Of a stretch of DNA of 64,000 nucleotides, positions 1-11,916 are shown piece by piece; the first letter of the stretch is position 1; every line of letters starts with the position of its first letter. Position numbers and translations under genes: made by a program. The stretch comes from an uncultured Actinomycetota bacterium (GTDB lineage: Bacteria > Actinomycetota > Actinomycetes > JACCUZ01), in NCBI GenBank assembly GCA_963846525.1, contig CAWJWE010000008.1, positions 2,319 through 66,318 of the forward strand. Reading direction: 5' to 3'. The notes beneath the pieces are model-generated. The model ran no database searches. It was given only the letters and a program-made list of their open reading frames with translations, and had not been told where the DNA came from.

Positions 1-2
1 TC

Positions 3-689
3 TACGGGCAGGGGGATGCCACCGTCCATGCCCTCCGTGGCGTCGACGTCACGTTCACCGCCGCAAGGTTCACGGCGATCATGGGGCCGTCGGGCTCGGG
101 CAAGTCCACGCTGCTGCACTGCATGGCCGGGCTCGACACCCCGACCGACGGGCAGGCCTACATCGGTGACACCGACATCACGAAGCTCAACGACAAGGAC
201 CTGACGCAGCTGCGTCGCGACCGGATCGGGTTCGTCTTCCAGGCGTTCAACCTGATCCCCACCCTCACGGCCTCGGAGAACATCACGCTCCCGCTCGACA
301 TCGCCGGGCGCGAGGCCGACCAGGCGTGGTTCGACACCGTGGTCAAAGCCGTCGGGATCGACGACCGGCTCGGCCACCGTCCCTCGCAGCTCTCCGGTGG
401 GCAGCAGCAGCGGGTCGCCGGGGCGCGCGCGCTCGTGTCGCGGCCGGACATCGTGTTCGCCGACGAGCCGACCGGGAACCTCGACTCGAAGAGCGGCGGC
501 GAGCTGCTGGGGTTCCTGCGCAGCGCCGTGGACGACCACGGGCAGACGATCGTGATGGTCACGCACGACGCGACCGCCGCTTCCTACGCGGACCGCGTGG
601 TCTTCCTGGCCGACGGCGACGTCGTGGACGAGATGGTCGCGCCCACGACCGAGCGCGTGCTCGACCACCTGAAGTCGCTCGAGGGCTGA
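3..689 (+). CDS. ABC transporter ATP-binding protein (MacB/LolD-like); 5' end outside window
   Basis: Reading from nt 3 (YGQGDATVHALRGVDVTF...) runs into ORF 81..689. Walker A GPSGSGKST, signature LSGGQQQR, Walker B IVFADEPTGNLD, H-loop VTHD. Confidence 0.9.
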   Translation, partial: YGQGDATVHALRGVDVTFTAARFTAIMGPSGSGKSTLLHCMAGLDTPTDGQAYIGDTDITKLNDKDLTQLRRDRIGFVFQAFNLIPTLTASENITLPLDIAGREADQAWFDTVVKAVGIDDRLGHRPSQLSGGQQQRVAGARALVSRPDIVFADEPTGNLDSKSGGELLGFLRSAVDDHGQTIVMVTHDATAASYADRVVFLADGDVVDEMVAPTTERVLDHLKSLEG

Positions 690-694
690 CGCCG

Positions 695-3250
695 ATGCTG
701 CGTGCCACGATCAAGGGCGTCCTGGCCAAGAAGTTCCGCCTGCTCCTGACCGCGCTGTCGATCGTGATCGGCGTGGGCTTCGTCGCCGGCACCTACGTCC
801 TCACCGACACGATGAACGCCGCGTTCGACGAGCTCTTCGATCAGACCGCGGAGGGAACCGACCTGATCGTTCGCTCCGAGAACGCGTTCACGGGCGAGCC
901 GGCGGGGCCGGGCGGAGGAGGAGGCGACCAGCGCGAGCCGCTCGACGAGGCGTTGGTGTCCGAGGTCGCGGCCGTCCCGGGGGTCGCCGTCGCCTCGGGC
1001 GACGTGACCGGCTACGCCCAGATGGTCGAATCCCGACACCGACGAGGTGATCGGCGGTGTCGGACCGCCGACGATCGGGACCAACTGGTCCGAGCTGGCG
1101 GGAGGGGTCCTGGATATCCGCGAGGGCGGGCCTCCGGCGGCCGACGGCGAGGTCGTGATCGACGCCGGCACGGCGTCGGCGAACACGATCGCCGTGGGCG
1201 ACGAGCTGACGATCCTCTTCCAGGGCCCGCCGGACACGTTCCGGGTGGTCGGGATCGCCGGGTTCGGCTCGGCAGACAACCTCGGCGGGGCGACGCTCGC
1301 GCTCTTCGACCTCGCGACCGCCCAACGGGTGCTCGGGAAGGAAGGGGTCGTCGACACGATCAGCGTCCTCGGCGACGAGGGCGTCGACGTCCGCTCGCTC
1401 GAGGCCGACGTCCGCGCGGTCCTCCCGACCGGTGCGGAGGTCCTGACGAGCACGGCGGTCGCGGACGAGCAGGCCGAGGCGCTGCAGGAGGGTCTGGGGT
1501 TCTTCCAGACCGCGTTGCTCGTGTTCGCCGCGATCTCGCTGTTCGTGGGCGCGTTCCTCATCTTCAACACGTTCTCGATCATCGTGGCGCAGCGAACCCG
1601 CGAGCTCGCGCTGTTCCGCACCCTCGGTGCCAGCCGACGCCAGGTGATGGCCTCCGTGGTCGGCGAGGCGCTCGTGGTCGGGCTGTTCGCGTCCGCGGTC
1701 GGGGTCCTCGCTGGCGTCGGCATCGCCATGCTGCTTCCAGGGCGTGCTCGCCGCGTTCGGCATCGACCTGCCCACGACGTCGATGCAGATCCTCCCGCGC
1801 ACGATCATCGCGTCGTTCGTGGTGGGGGTCGGGGTCACGGTCGCCGCGTCGATCATGCCGGCCAGGCACGCCGCGCGGGTCGCCCCCATCCAGGCGCTCC
1901 GCGAGCACGACGCGCTCAGGGGGCACGGTGGCGCTCGGTCGCCGGATCGCGATCGGCGCCGCGATCGCGCTGGCGGGCGTGGGGGCGCTCGCCGCCGGGC
2001 TGTTCGGGTCCACGGGCAGCGGCGCGCAGCTCGTCGGGCTCGGCGCGGCGCTGACGTTCGTCGGCATCGCGGTCCTGTCCCCGGTGATCGCGCGCCCGGT
2101 CGCCGGCATCCTCGGCCGCCCGTTCCGGGGGCGGAGCGTCTCGGGCAAGGTCGGGCGCGAGAACGCGATGCGGAACCCTCGGCGGACGGCGTCGACCGCA
2201 TCGGCGCTGATGATCGGGCTCGGGTTGGTCGCGATGGTCGCGATCTTGGCGGCATCGCTCAAGGCGTCACTCGACGTCGCGCTCAACGCCACGCTCCGAG
2301 CCGACCTCACCCTGTCGACGACCTCGTTCACGCCGTTCTCCACCGACGTGGCCGCCAGGGTCGGTGAGCTCGACGAGGTCGAGGTGGTCTCGGCGTTCCG
2401 CCAGAACGGGTTCCGGGTGGACGAGGAGACCGACTTCGTGACCGCGATCGATCCGGCGACGATCGAGCAGGTCGCGGGCCTCGACGTGCTCGAGGGGTCG
2501 GTGGCGGATCTGCGCGGGGACACGATCGCGGTCTACGAGGACGTCGCCTCCGAGCGCGGGTGGGAGCTCGGCGACGAGGTGCCCGCCGCCTTCCCCTCCG
2601 AGGGGGACCGGCCGCTCACGATCGCCGCGATCTACGGGGAGAACTCGCTCGCCGGCAACTACGCCGTCTCCCTCGAGACGTACGGGGAGCTCTACACCGA
2701 GCAGCTCGACGCGTTCCTGCTCGTCAAGGGCGCCGAGGGGGTGCCGATCGACGCCGTCCAGGAGGCGGTCACGGCCTCGCTCGCCGAGTACCCGAACATC
2801 GACGTGCAGAACCAAGCGGAGTTCCGCGACAAGCAGGCGGGGTTCATCAACCAGCTCGTCGGGCTCATCACGGTCCTCCTCCTCTTCGCGATCCTCATCG
2901 CGCTGTTCGGGATCGTGAACACCCTGGGGCTGTCGATCTACGAACGCACGCGCGAGCTCGGCCTCCTGCGCGCCGTCGGGATGGCCCGGACGCAGGTGAA
3001 GCGGATGATCCGCTACGAGTCCGTGATCATCGCCCTGTTCGGCGCGCTGCTCGGCATCGTGATCGGCATCGGGTTCGGGTGGGCCCTGCAGCGCGCGCTG
3101 GAGCCCGAAGGGGTCACCGAGCTGGCGATCCCCGTCGGACAGCTGGTCGTCTACCTCGTGGTCGCGGCGCTCGCCGGCGTCGTGGCCGCGATCTGGCCGG
3201 CGCGCCGGGCCGCGAAGATCGACGTGCTCAAGGCGATCTCGTACGAGTAA
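695..3250 (+). pseudogene. MacB-type ABC permease (FtsX domains); frame interrupted at least 3 times as assembled
   Basis: ATG 695 lies 6 nt after the ATPase stop. The protein is recovered by splicing ORFs 326..3250 (MLRATIKGVLAKKFRLLLTALSIVIGVGF), 1047..2054, 1744..2367 and 326..3250 again (LGLSIYERTRELGLLRAVGM). Frame changes near 1029-1030, ~1733 and the G5 run 1919-1923. Confidence 0.85.
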
Positions 3251-3293
3251 GGCGCGCGGCGGAGGCGCCCGGAGGGTCGTCTATCCTTCGGGG

Positions 3294-5246
3294 ATGCCGC
3301 GCTTGACCCTGCCCGACGCGACCTCCACCGAGCTCCCCGAGGGGGAGCCCGTCGGCAGCGCGCTGCCGGCCGGCGTCGTGGCCGCGCGGGTCGACGGCGA
3401 GCTCCGCGATCTCTCCCACGTGCCGGCGGCCGACGCGGCGGTCGAGCCGGTGGATCGTCGCTCCGACGACGGGCTGCACGTGCTCCGCCACTCGGCCGCG
3501 CACGTGCTGGCGCAGGCCGTGTGCCAGCTCTGGCCGGGGACCCAGCTCGGGATCGGGCCGGCGATCGCCGACGGCTTCTACTACGACCTGGCGATCTCCC
3601 GAGCACGTCTCCTCCGACGATCTGCCGCGGATCGAGGAGGCGATGCGCGCGATCGTCGCCGAGGACCAGCCGTTCCTCCGCGAAGAGGTCGGACGCGATG
3701 ACGCCCTCCGCCGGCTCGAGGGCCAGCGGTTCAAACGCGAGATCGTGGAGGGGCTGGCCGGGGACGACGCGTCGGGGGACGCCACCGCAGGCGCCGAGAC
3801 CGTGACCTTCTACCGCAACGGCGACTGGGAGGACCTCTGCCTCGGCCCGCACCTGCCCTCCACCGGGGGCCTCGTCGCGTTCCGGCTGACCGCGGTGGCC
3901 GGCGCCTACTGGCGCGGCAGCGAGGACCAGCCGCAGCTGACGCGGATCTACGGCACCGCGTGGGCGAGCCAGGGCGACCTCGACGCCTACCTCGAGCGGA
4001 TCGAGGAGGCGGAGCGGCGCGACCACCGCCGGCTCGGGATGGACTGGATCTGTTCTCCTTCCCCGACGAGATCGGCTCGGGGCTGGCCGTGTTCCACCCG
4101 CGAGGCGGGCTGGTCCGTCGGGTGATGGAGGAGTACTCGCGGCGCCGCCACGTGGAGTCGGGCTACGACTTCGTCAACTCGCCGCACATCACGAAGCGCG
4201 ACCTGTTCGATACGAGCGGTCACCTGGACTGGTTCGCCGACGGGATGTTCCCCCCGATGGAGGTCGACGGCGGCACCGAGTACTACCTCAAGCCGATGAA
4301 CTGCCCGTTCCACATCCTGATCTACCGGTCGCGCACGCGCTCCTACCGAGAGCTGCCCTTGCGCCTGTTCGAGTTCGGAACGGTGTACCGCTACGAGAAG
4401 TCCGGCGTGGTGCACGGGCTCACGCGGGTGCGCGGCCTCACGATGGACGACGCCCACATCTTCACCACGAAGGAGCAGATGGCCGAGGAGCTCCCCTCGC
4501 TGCTCACCTTCACCCTGTCGTTGCTGCGCGACTACGGGCTGGACGAGTTCTACCTGGAGCTCTCGACGAGGCCCGAGGGCAAGGCGGTCGGGTCCGACGA
4601 GGAGTGGGAGGAGGCGACCGAGGCGCTGCGTCGCGCGGCGCTGGGCATGGACCTCGACCTCGTGATGGACGAGGGCGGGGGCGCGTTCTACGGGCCGAAG
4701 ATCAGCGTGCAGGCGCGCGACGCGATCGGCAGGACGTGGCAGATGTCCACGATCCAGGTCGACTTCCAGATGCCGCAGCGCTTCGACCTGCACTACGCCG
4801 GGTCCGACGGCAAGCGCCACCGGCCGATCATGATCCACCGCGCCCTGTTCGGCTCGATCGAGCGGTTCTTCGGGGTGCTCACCGAGCACTACGCCGGCGC
4901 GTTCCCGCTCTGGTTGGCGCCCGAGCAGCTCCGCATCCTCCCGGTGGCCGATCGCAACGCCGATGCGGCGCACGAGCTCGCGGCGACGGCGCGTGCGGCC
5001 GGACTCCGGGTCGAGGTGGACGACGCCAAGCAGTCGGTGGGCAAGAAGATCCGCGCGGCCCAGCTCATGAAGACGCCGTACGTGATCGTGCTCGGCGACC
5101 GCGACCTGGAGGCCGGGACCGTCACGGTCCGGGACCGCTCGGGCGCGGAGACCGCCGGGTTGTCCTTCGACCACGTGGTCGGCGCCCTCGTGGACGAGGC
5201 GGCGTCCCGCCGGCTCACCCAGACCGACCTCGCCTCCGTGGGCTGA
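3294..5246 (+). pseudogene. thrS: threonine--tRNA ligase; 2 frameshifts as assembled
   Basis: Spliced from ORFs 3294..3701 ([20 protein letters not shown]), 3643..4125 ([18 protein letters not shown]) and 3960..5246 (class II core [36 protein letters not shown]). Shifts near ~3595 and ~4040. Confidence 0.9.
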
Positions 5247-5251
5247 CGTCG

Positions 5252-5746
5252 GTGGAACGCCTCTGGTCGCCGTGGCGGATGGAGTACATCCAGGCGAACA
5301 AGGACGCGCCCGAGGGCGGTGCGTGCGTCTTCTGCGCGCTGCTGTCGGGTGCGCTCGCCGAGCAGACGCCCCCGCTGCGCGTCGAGGACCTCGCGTACGT
5401 GTCGCTGGCGAAGTATCCGTACAACCCGGGCCACCTCGTGGTGATGCCGACTCGCCACGTGGGGGAGTTCGAGGAGCTGACGGGTGAGGAGCACGGGGCG
5501 ATCGCGGGCCTCGTGCAGCGGTGCATCCGGGCGCTGCGCGCCGTCGCCGATCCGCACGGGTTCAACGTCGGGCTGAACCTCGGCCGCGTCGCGGGCGCGG
5601 GCATCCCCGAACACCTGCACTGGCACGTCGTGCCGCGCTGGGGCGGGGACACGAACTTCATGCCCGTGGTGGGGGAGACCCGCGTGCTCCCCGAGCTCCT
5701 GGCCGAGACGCATGCGAAGCTCGCGCCGCACTTCGAGGAGGGATGA
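5252..5746 (+). CDS. HIT family protein (Ap4A phosphorylase-like)
   Basis: GTG 5252 in frame with ORF 4604..5746. Histidine triad HLHWHVVPRW. Position right after thrS, as in other actinobacteria. Confidence 0.85.
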   Translation: MERLWSPWRMEYIQANKDAPEGGACVFCALLSGALAEQTPPLRVEDLAYVSLAKYPYNPGHLVVMPTRHVGEFEELTGEEHGAIAGLVQRCIRALRAVADPHGFNVGLNLGRVAGAGIPEHLHWHVVPRWGGDTNFMPVVGETRVLPELLAETHAKLAPHFEEG

Positions 5747-6564
5747 ACGTGGAGACGACGGTGGACGTGCCGGGCGGCAGCCTGTTCGTCGAGGACGTCG
5801 GCGAGGGACCGGTCGTCACGCTGCTCCATCCCGGGCTGTGGGATCGCCGGACCTGGGACCCGCAGATGCGGCTGCTGCAGGACGAGGGGTTCCGCGTGGT
5901 CCGCTACGACCAGCGGGGCTACGGCCGATCCACCCCGCCCGAGCCCGGCGCCCCCTACTCGGCGGTGCGCGACCTCGGCGCGGTGCTGGATGCTCGCGCC
6001 GTCGACCGAACCGCGCTCGTCGGATGCTCGATGGGTGGGAGCCTCGCGATCGACGCGACGCTCACGTTCCCCGAGCGGGTGTGGGCGCTCGTCCCGATCG
6101 CCTCGGGGCTGGGAGGCGTCGAGCCGACCGAGCAGGAGATCGCCTGGTACGGCGACATCGGGGATCGATTCGACGCGGCCCTCGAGGCGGGCGACGTCGA
6201 GCGTGCGCAGGCCATCGAGCTCGAGGAGGTCTGGGCGCCGCTGGGGATGGACGACCACGCGGGCGGGACGATCCGCACGATCGCGAGGGAGAACCTGGCC
6301 GCGATGACGATGGATGAGAGCGCGAAGGAGGAGCTCGACCCACCGGCGGTCGGTCGCCTCGCCGAGATCGACGCCCCCACGCTCGTCCTCACCGCGGAGG
6401 CCGACCCGCCCGACATGGACCGGCTCGGCTCGCTGATCGCCGAGGGAATCCGCGGCGCGCGCGCTCACCGGATCGAGGGCGCCGACCACGTCGTGAACGT
6501 CCGGCAGCCCGAGCGGTTCAACGACGCCGTGATCCGCTTCCTCAAGGAGCACGCCCCGCGATGA
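5743..6564 (+). CDS. alpha/beta hydrolase fold protein
   Basis: ATG 5743 overlaps the HIT stop (ATGA). HPGLWD oxyanion region, nucleophile elbow GCSMGG, C-terminal GADHVVN. Confidence 0.85.
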   Translation: MNVETTVDVPGGSLFVEDVGEGPVVTLLHPGLWDRRTWDPQMRLLQDEGFRVVRYDQRGYGRSTPPEPGAPYSAVRDLGAVLDARAVDRTALVGCSMGGSLAIDATLTFPERVWALVPIASGLGGVEPTEQEIAWYGDIGDRFDAALEAGDVERAQAIELEEVWAPLGMDDHAGGTIRTIARENLAAMTMDESAKEELDPPAVGRLAEIDAPTLVLTAEADPPDMDRLGSLIAEGIRGARAHRIEGADHVVNVRQPERFNDAVIRFLKEHAPR

Positions 6565-6585
6565 CGTTCGAGCCGCGGGGGCCCG

Positions 6586-8693
6586 CTACCGCTTGTGCGC
6601 TTCCTCGCGGGCCTTCTGATAGGCCTCGATCACCTTCTAGGCGAGGTGCGAGGGCATCTCCTCGTAGTGGGAGAAGGCCATCGTGAACGCGCCGCGGCCT
6701 CCGGTCATCGAGCGGAGGTCGATCACGTACCGCGCGACCTCGGCCTGGGGGACCAAGCGCGTTGATCCGCTGCTTGCCCGCCGCCGATCTGCTCCATGCC
6801 CTGGATCTTGCCGCGCTTCGCGTTGAGGTCGCCCATGACGTCGCCGGTGAACGACTCGGGCACCACGACCTAGAGCTGCACGATCGGCTCCAGGAGCGCC
6901 ACCCCGGCCTTCTCGACCGCCTCCTTGAGCGCGAGCGACCCGGCGATCTGGAACGCCATGTCGGAGGAGTCCACCGAGTGGAACTTGCCGTCGACGAGCG
7001 TCACCTTGACGTCGACCATCGGGTTGCCGCTGATGACGCCCTCGGCCATCGTCTTCACGATGCCCTTCTCGACCGAGGGGATGAACTGGCTGGGGATCGC
7101 GCCGCCGAAGATCTTGTCGTCGAAGACGAAGCCCTCGCCGCGCGGGAGCGGCTCGACCTCGAGTGGCAGACCGCGTACTGGCCGTGGCCGCCGCGTCTGC
7201 TTCACGTGGCGGCCGTCGCCCTTCGCCTTGCCGTTGATGGTCTCGCGGTAGGCGATCTTCGCGGGCGGGTCGGCTCGACCTCGACGCCGAACTTCCGCTT
7301 GAGCCGCTCGATCTGGACGTCGAGGTGCGCCTCGCCCATGCCGTAGATCACGGTCTCGTGGGTCTCCTCGTTGCGCGCGACGCGGAAGCTCGGATCTTCC
7401 TCGCGCAGCCGCGCGAGGCCGGTCGCCAGCTTGTCCTCGTCGCCCTTCGTCTTGGGCGCGATCGCGTAGGCCAGGAGCGGCTCGGGGAGCTCGATCGGCG
7501 GGAGCATGCACGGGGTCGTCCTTCGTGGCGAACGTGTCGCCGGTGTGCGCGTGCTGCGAGCTTCGCGACGGCGCCGATGTCGCCCGCGGCCACCTCCGGC
7601 ACGTTGTCGTGCTCCTTGCCGACGCAGGGTGAAGAGCTGGCCGATCCGCTCGTCGGTGCCCTGGGTGGCGTTGTACACGGACGAGTCCGGCCGCATCCTG
7701 CCCGCTGAACACGCGGAACATCGTGATGTGGCCGACGAACGGGTCCGACACGGTCTTGAACACGAACGCGGTGAGCGGGCCCGGCGGGATCGCAGGCGCG
7801 TTCCTTCTCGTCGCCGCCCTTCGTCGTCGCGACCGCACCGGCCCGCGGTCGATCGGCGAGGGGAACTCCTCGACGATGAACGTCGAGCAGCCGGTCGATC
7901 CCGATCGCCTTCGCGCGCCGACCCGCAGATCACCGGCGCGAGCCGAGCCTTCGCGAAGCCGTCCTTCGCGCCGTGGGCGATGTCCTCCTCGGGGAGCGAG
8001 CCCTCCTCGAGGTACTTCTCGATCAGGGCGTCGTCGGACTCGGCGACCGCCTCCATCAGCTTCTCGCGCGCCGGGTCGGCCATCGCGTGCAGGTCCTCGG
8101 GCCACTCGCGACTCCTCCGCGATGGGGCCGTCGGGTAGCGGTCGGCCTTCTCGTGCAGGAGATCGGCGATGCCCGCGAACTCGTGCTCCTGCGCCGATCG
8201 GGAGCTCGAACGGCGCCACCTGGTTGCCGAAGGACGCCACGAGCTGGTCGAGGGTGGCCTGGAAGTCGGCGCGCTCGCGGTCGAGCTTGTTCACGAAGAT
8301 CGCGCGGGGGAGGCCCGCCTCGACCGCGAGCTCCCAGGCGTACTCGGTCTGGACCTCGACGCCGTCGACGGCCGAGACGACCACGATCACCGCGTCGGCC
8401 GCGCGGACCGCGCGAGCGCAGGTCGCCGACGAAGTCGGCGTAGCCCGGGGCGTCGAGGACGTTGATCTTCGCGTCCTTCCACTCGACGGGCGCCATCGAC
8501 GAGCGAGACGGAGATCGCCGCGCGCTGTTCGTCGGGATCGTGGTCGGAGACGGTGTTGCCGTCCTCGACCGTGCCCATCCGGGTGATCGCGCCGGACGTG
8601 AAGAGCATGGCCTCCAGGAGCGTCGTCTTGCCCGAGCCTCCGTGGCCCGACCAGCAAGACGTTGCGGATGTCCTTCGCGTCGTAGGTCTTCAA
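6586..8693 (-). pseudogene. EF-G-like translational GTPase (fusA2 type); many frameshifts plus two in-frame TAG codons
   Basis: TTG start 8693 with a GGAGG RBS. Pieces lie in three frames: [107 protein letters not shown]. The tail [25 protein letters not shown] continues past the track's stop at 6870. Confidence 0.8.
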
Positions 8694-8736
8694 CGGGCGT
8701 CACCTCCTGGTGCGAGGCGACGGTCGCGGCGCGGTC

Positions 8737-9311
8737 ATGCTAGTCCAGTTGCTACGCTCGCGCCGATCCAGATGGTCCGCTTCCAACGCCAACCCCCGGC
8801 ACCGCGATCACGCGCGGCGCCCTGGTGGTCGGGGGGCGTGGGCACTCGCGGCGGGCGCCTGGGTCGCGGTCGTCCTCGCGGCGCCCGGGCGGGCGGGCTC
8901 GCTCGCCGCGCGCCGGCGCGTGCTGCTGCTGGTCGGGTGGCCACCGCGCGAACCACGGCGCCGGCGGCCCGGTCGACCGGATGCTCGGCGAGCTGCTGGA
9001 CCGTGCCTGGGACGGGCTGGTCCTGGGCGCGATCGCCTGGGCGACGCGCGACGACCGGGCCCGACGTCGCCGCTGGCGGCGATCGTCGCGCTCGTGCGCC
9101 AGCTTCCTGTCCTCCTACGTGCGTGCGCGCGGCGCCGCGCTCGCGCTACTCGGTCGAGGAGAGCCACGTGACGCGGGGCTCCGCTACGCGCTCGCTGACC
9201 TCGGCGCTCGCGGCGGCTGGACTCGACTGGCCGTCTGGGTCGCGGCCGCGGTCTGCGTCGCTCGCCGTGGTGGTGCGGACCAGCCAGGTCGCGAAGGAGG
9301 AACGCGCGTGA
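8737..9311 (+). pseudogene. pgsA: CDP-alcohol phosphatidyltransferase (phosphatidylinositol-phosphate synthase-like); several frameshifts
   Basis: Fragments in three frames: ...LGELLDRAWDGLVLGAIAW..., ...SFLSSYVRARGAAL.... They match the D-x2-D-G...D-x3-D region and following helices of PgsA1-type enzymes. The start is uncertain. Confidence 0.55.
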
Positions 9312-10223
9312 GCGTCGGCGCGGTCGACCGACGTCGAGACGGCTCGCGAACGGCGGTCGTACGCGGACCGATCGCGGTGGCTCGGCCGTGTCGCGCGCGC
9401 TGCCCACGCGGACGGGGCGCGGTGTGTTCGGAGCGCTCGGGTCGGCCGCGTTCCGTCCTGCTGCCGCAAGGTCCGGGCGGTCGTCGCGGCGAACCAGGCG
9501 CAGGTGCTCGGGCGCGCCGCGGACGACCCGCTCGTGCGCGCGTCGACGCGGCGCGGCGTTCCGGAGCTACGCGCGGTACTGGTTCGACACGTTCGACGTC
9601 GATCACGTGGTCCGACGAGCGGATGCGACGCGGCGTTCGCACTGCGAGGGACTCGAGTACGTCGCGCGAGCCTGTCGCGGCCGGGCAGGGGGTGCATCGC
9701 GGTGTTGCCGCATCTCGGCAACTGGGACGCGGCCGGCCGGGCGATGGCGGCGCACGGCATCGCGGTGTCGTCGGTCGCCGAGGAGCTGCGCCCGGACGGC
9801 TCGTTCGAGCTGTTCGTGCGCACCCGCGAGCGTGCGGATGGACATGGTCGGCGCTCGCGGACGGCGGCGTGGGTCGGACGCTCAACGGGCGCTCGCCGAG
9901 GGCCGCATCGTCGCGCTGGTGGCCGACCGGGACCTCGCCGGGCGAGGTGTCGAGGTCGAGATGTTCGGCGCCCGCGCGACGGCTCCCGGCGGGGCCCGCG
10001 CTGCTGCGCCCTGCGACGCGGCGCGCCGCTCGTCACGGCCGACGTCTACGAGACGCCCGATGGGATGGCGCTCGTGTTCCGGCCGCTCCCGTCGGTGCAC
10101 GCGCCGACGGGCGACCGGCGCGCCGACGTCGCGGCGCTGACCCGCGATGGCCGGCCGCGTTCGAGGCGCGATCGCCGCGGCGCCCGCGGAATGGCACCTG
10201 TTCCAGCCGGGCTGGGAGAGTGA
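9308..10223 (+). pseudogene. lauroyl/PIM acyltransferase (HtrB/PatA family); several frameshifts
   Basis: GTG 9308 overlaps the pgsA stop (GTGA). Fragments: YARYWFDTF, IAVLPHLGNWDAAG, VAEELRPDGSFELF, IVALVADRDLAGRGVEVEMFG, EWHLFQPGW. Confidence 0.65.
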
Positions 10224-10227
10224 GGTC

Positions 10228-11353
10228 GTGCGCGTGGCGCTCGCCTGCCCGTACGCCTGGGACGACGCCGGCGGCGTCCAGGTCCACGTCGCGCGAGCTC
10301 GCGGCGCAGCTGCGCGGCCGCGGCCACGAGGTGCTGGTCCTCGCGCCGCTGCGGCGGTCGCAGCCGCGGAGCCCTCGGGTGCGGGCGTCGGCCGGCCCGT
10401 CGACATCCCGTACAACGACTCGAACGCGCCGATCGACCCGCGCGCCGTGGTCGCGTCGCGCCGGTGCGCGGGGCGCTTCGCGCGCTTCCGCCCCGACGTC
10501 GTGCACGTGCACGAGCCCTCCGCGCCCAGCACCGCGATGTGGGCGACGCTGGCGTCGCGAGGTTCCCGTGGTGGCGACCTTCCACTCCGGGGCCACGACC
10601 GCTCGCGGCTCTACGACGTGGCGGCGCCGCTGATGCGACGGGTCGCGCACCGCCTCGCGGTGCGCGATCGCGGTGTCCGAGCGCGCGGCGGCCTTCGCGC
10701 GCCGCGCGGATCGGGGGTCGCTTCGACGTGATCCCGAACGGTGTGGACGTCGAGCGGTTCGCCGTCGGCGAGGCCCCGCGCCGACCTGCCCGACGGGGCG
10801 TCGACTCCTGTTCGTCGGGCGGCTGGATGAGCGGAAGGGGTTCGCCGTGGCGGTGGCGGCGTTCGCGTCGCTCGCGGCGCGGTCGCCCGAGGTCGTGCTC
10901 GTGGTCGCGCGGCGACGGGCCGGCCCGTTCGGCCGTCGACCGCCTCGCGCCGGAGGTCCGGGCCCGGGTGCACGCTGCTCGGGACCGTCGCCGAACGGCG
11001 ACCTGCCGCCGGTCCACGCGGCGTGCGAGCTGTACCTCGGGCCCGCGACGGGCGGCGAGTCCTTCGGCATCGTCGCTCGTCGAGGCGATGGCCGCCGGGC
11101 TCCCGCGTGGTGGCGAGCGACATCGCCGGGCTACGACGAGGTCGTCCGCGACGGCGTCGACGGGCTGCTGGTGCCTCCCCGCGACGCGGCGGCCGTGGCG
11201 CGCGCCGCCGAGCGGATCCTCGGCGACGCGGACCTCGCGGCGCGTCTGGCTGCGGCCGGGCGCGAGCGGGCCGCCTCGTTCGACTGGGGTGTGGTGGCGG
11301 AGCGGATCGAAGCGGTGTACCGGTCGGTGCTCGACGAGCCATCGGTACGATAG
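10228..11353 (+). pseudogene. pimA: GT4 glycosyltransferase, PimA-like phosphatidylinositol mannosyltransferase; several frameshifts
   Basis: Fragments: VRVALACPYAWDDAGGVQVHV, ELAAQLRGRGHEVLVLAP, DVVHVHEPSAPS, VPVVATFHS, LLFVGRLDERKGF, ESFGIV, DGVDGLLVPP. Ends at the stop of ORF 10673..11353. Confidence 0.7.
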
Positions 11354-11358
11354 GTCCG

Positions 11359-11916
11359 ATGGAGCTCTGGATCGCGGTCGGCGTCGTCGCCGTCGTGGTG
11401 CTGTGGGCGATCCTCACGTACAACCGACTCGTCACCCTGCGAACGAGGGTGGACAACGGCTGGTCGCAGATCGACGTGCAGCTGCGGCGCCGCTACGACC
11501 TGATCCCCAACCTCGTGGAGACCGTCGAGGGCTACGCCCGGCACGAACGAGCCACCTTCGAGATGGTCACCCGGGCACGCGCGGCGGCCGAGGCGGCATC
11601 CAGCGTCGGCGCGCAGGCAGAGGCGGAGAACGCGCTGACCGCCGGGCTCCGCCAGCTCCTCGCCGTGGTCGAGGCCTACCCCGACCTCAAGGCGAACCAG
11701 AACTTCCTCGCCCTGCAGGAGGAACTCACCGGCACCGAGTCGAAGATCGCGTACGCGCGACAGTTCTACAACGACACGGTCGCGAAGCTGAACACGGCGA
11801 TCCAGCGGTTCCCCGGGCTGCTCCTCGCGCGCCCGCTCGGGTTCACCGAGCGCGAGTTCTTCCAGATCGACGACCTGGTGCGCGGGCCCGTCGCGGTGGA
11901 GCTCGGGGACGCCTAG
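11359..11916 (+). CDS. lemA: LemA family protein
   Basis: Intact. N-terminal TM helix, then YNRLVTLRTRVDNGWSQIDVQLRRRYDLIPNLVETV and QFYNDTVAKLNTAIQRFPG. Confidence 0.9.
   Translation: MELWIAVGVVAVVVLWAILTYNRLVTLRTRVDNGWSQIDVQLRRRYDLIPNLVETVEGYARHERATFEMVTRARAAAEAASSVGAQAEAENALTAGLRQLLAVVEAYPDLKANQNFLALQEELTGTESKIAYARQFYNDTVAKLNTAIQRFPGLLLARPLGFTEREFFQIDDLVRGPVAVELGDA

Noticed and set aside
326-694. N-terminal extensions of track ORFs overlapping upstream genes: 326..694 on the permease, 19412..19975 on the MFS gene, and 24372..25967 beyond 25619 on glcE
   Set aside because: The extensions are Arg-rich nonsense overlapping well-supported genes in another frame. Internal starts with coupling or an RBS fit better.
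10140-10235. Apparent in-frame read-through from the acyltransferase (EWHLFQPGWESE) into PimA (VVRVALACPY), suggesting a fusion enzyme
   Set aside because: A TGA sits at 10221-10223 in the neighbouring frame, and this region is full of 1-nt indels. A lost frame is the simpler explanation, and I cannot support a fusion.
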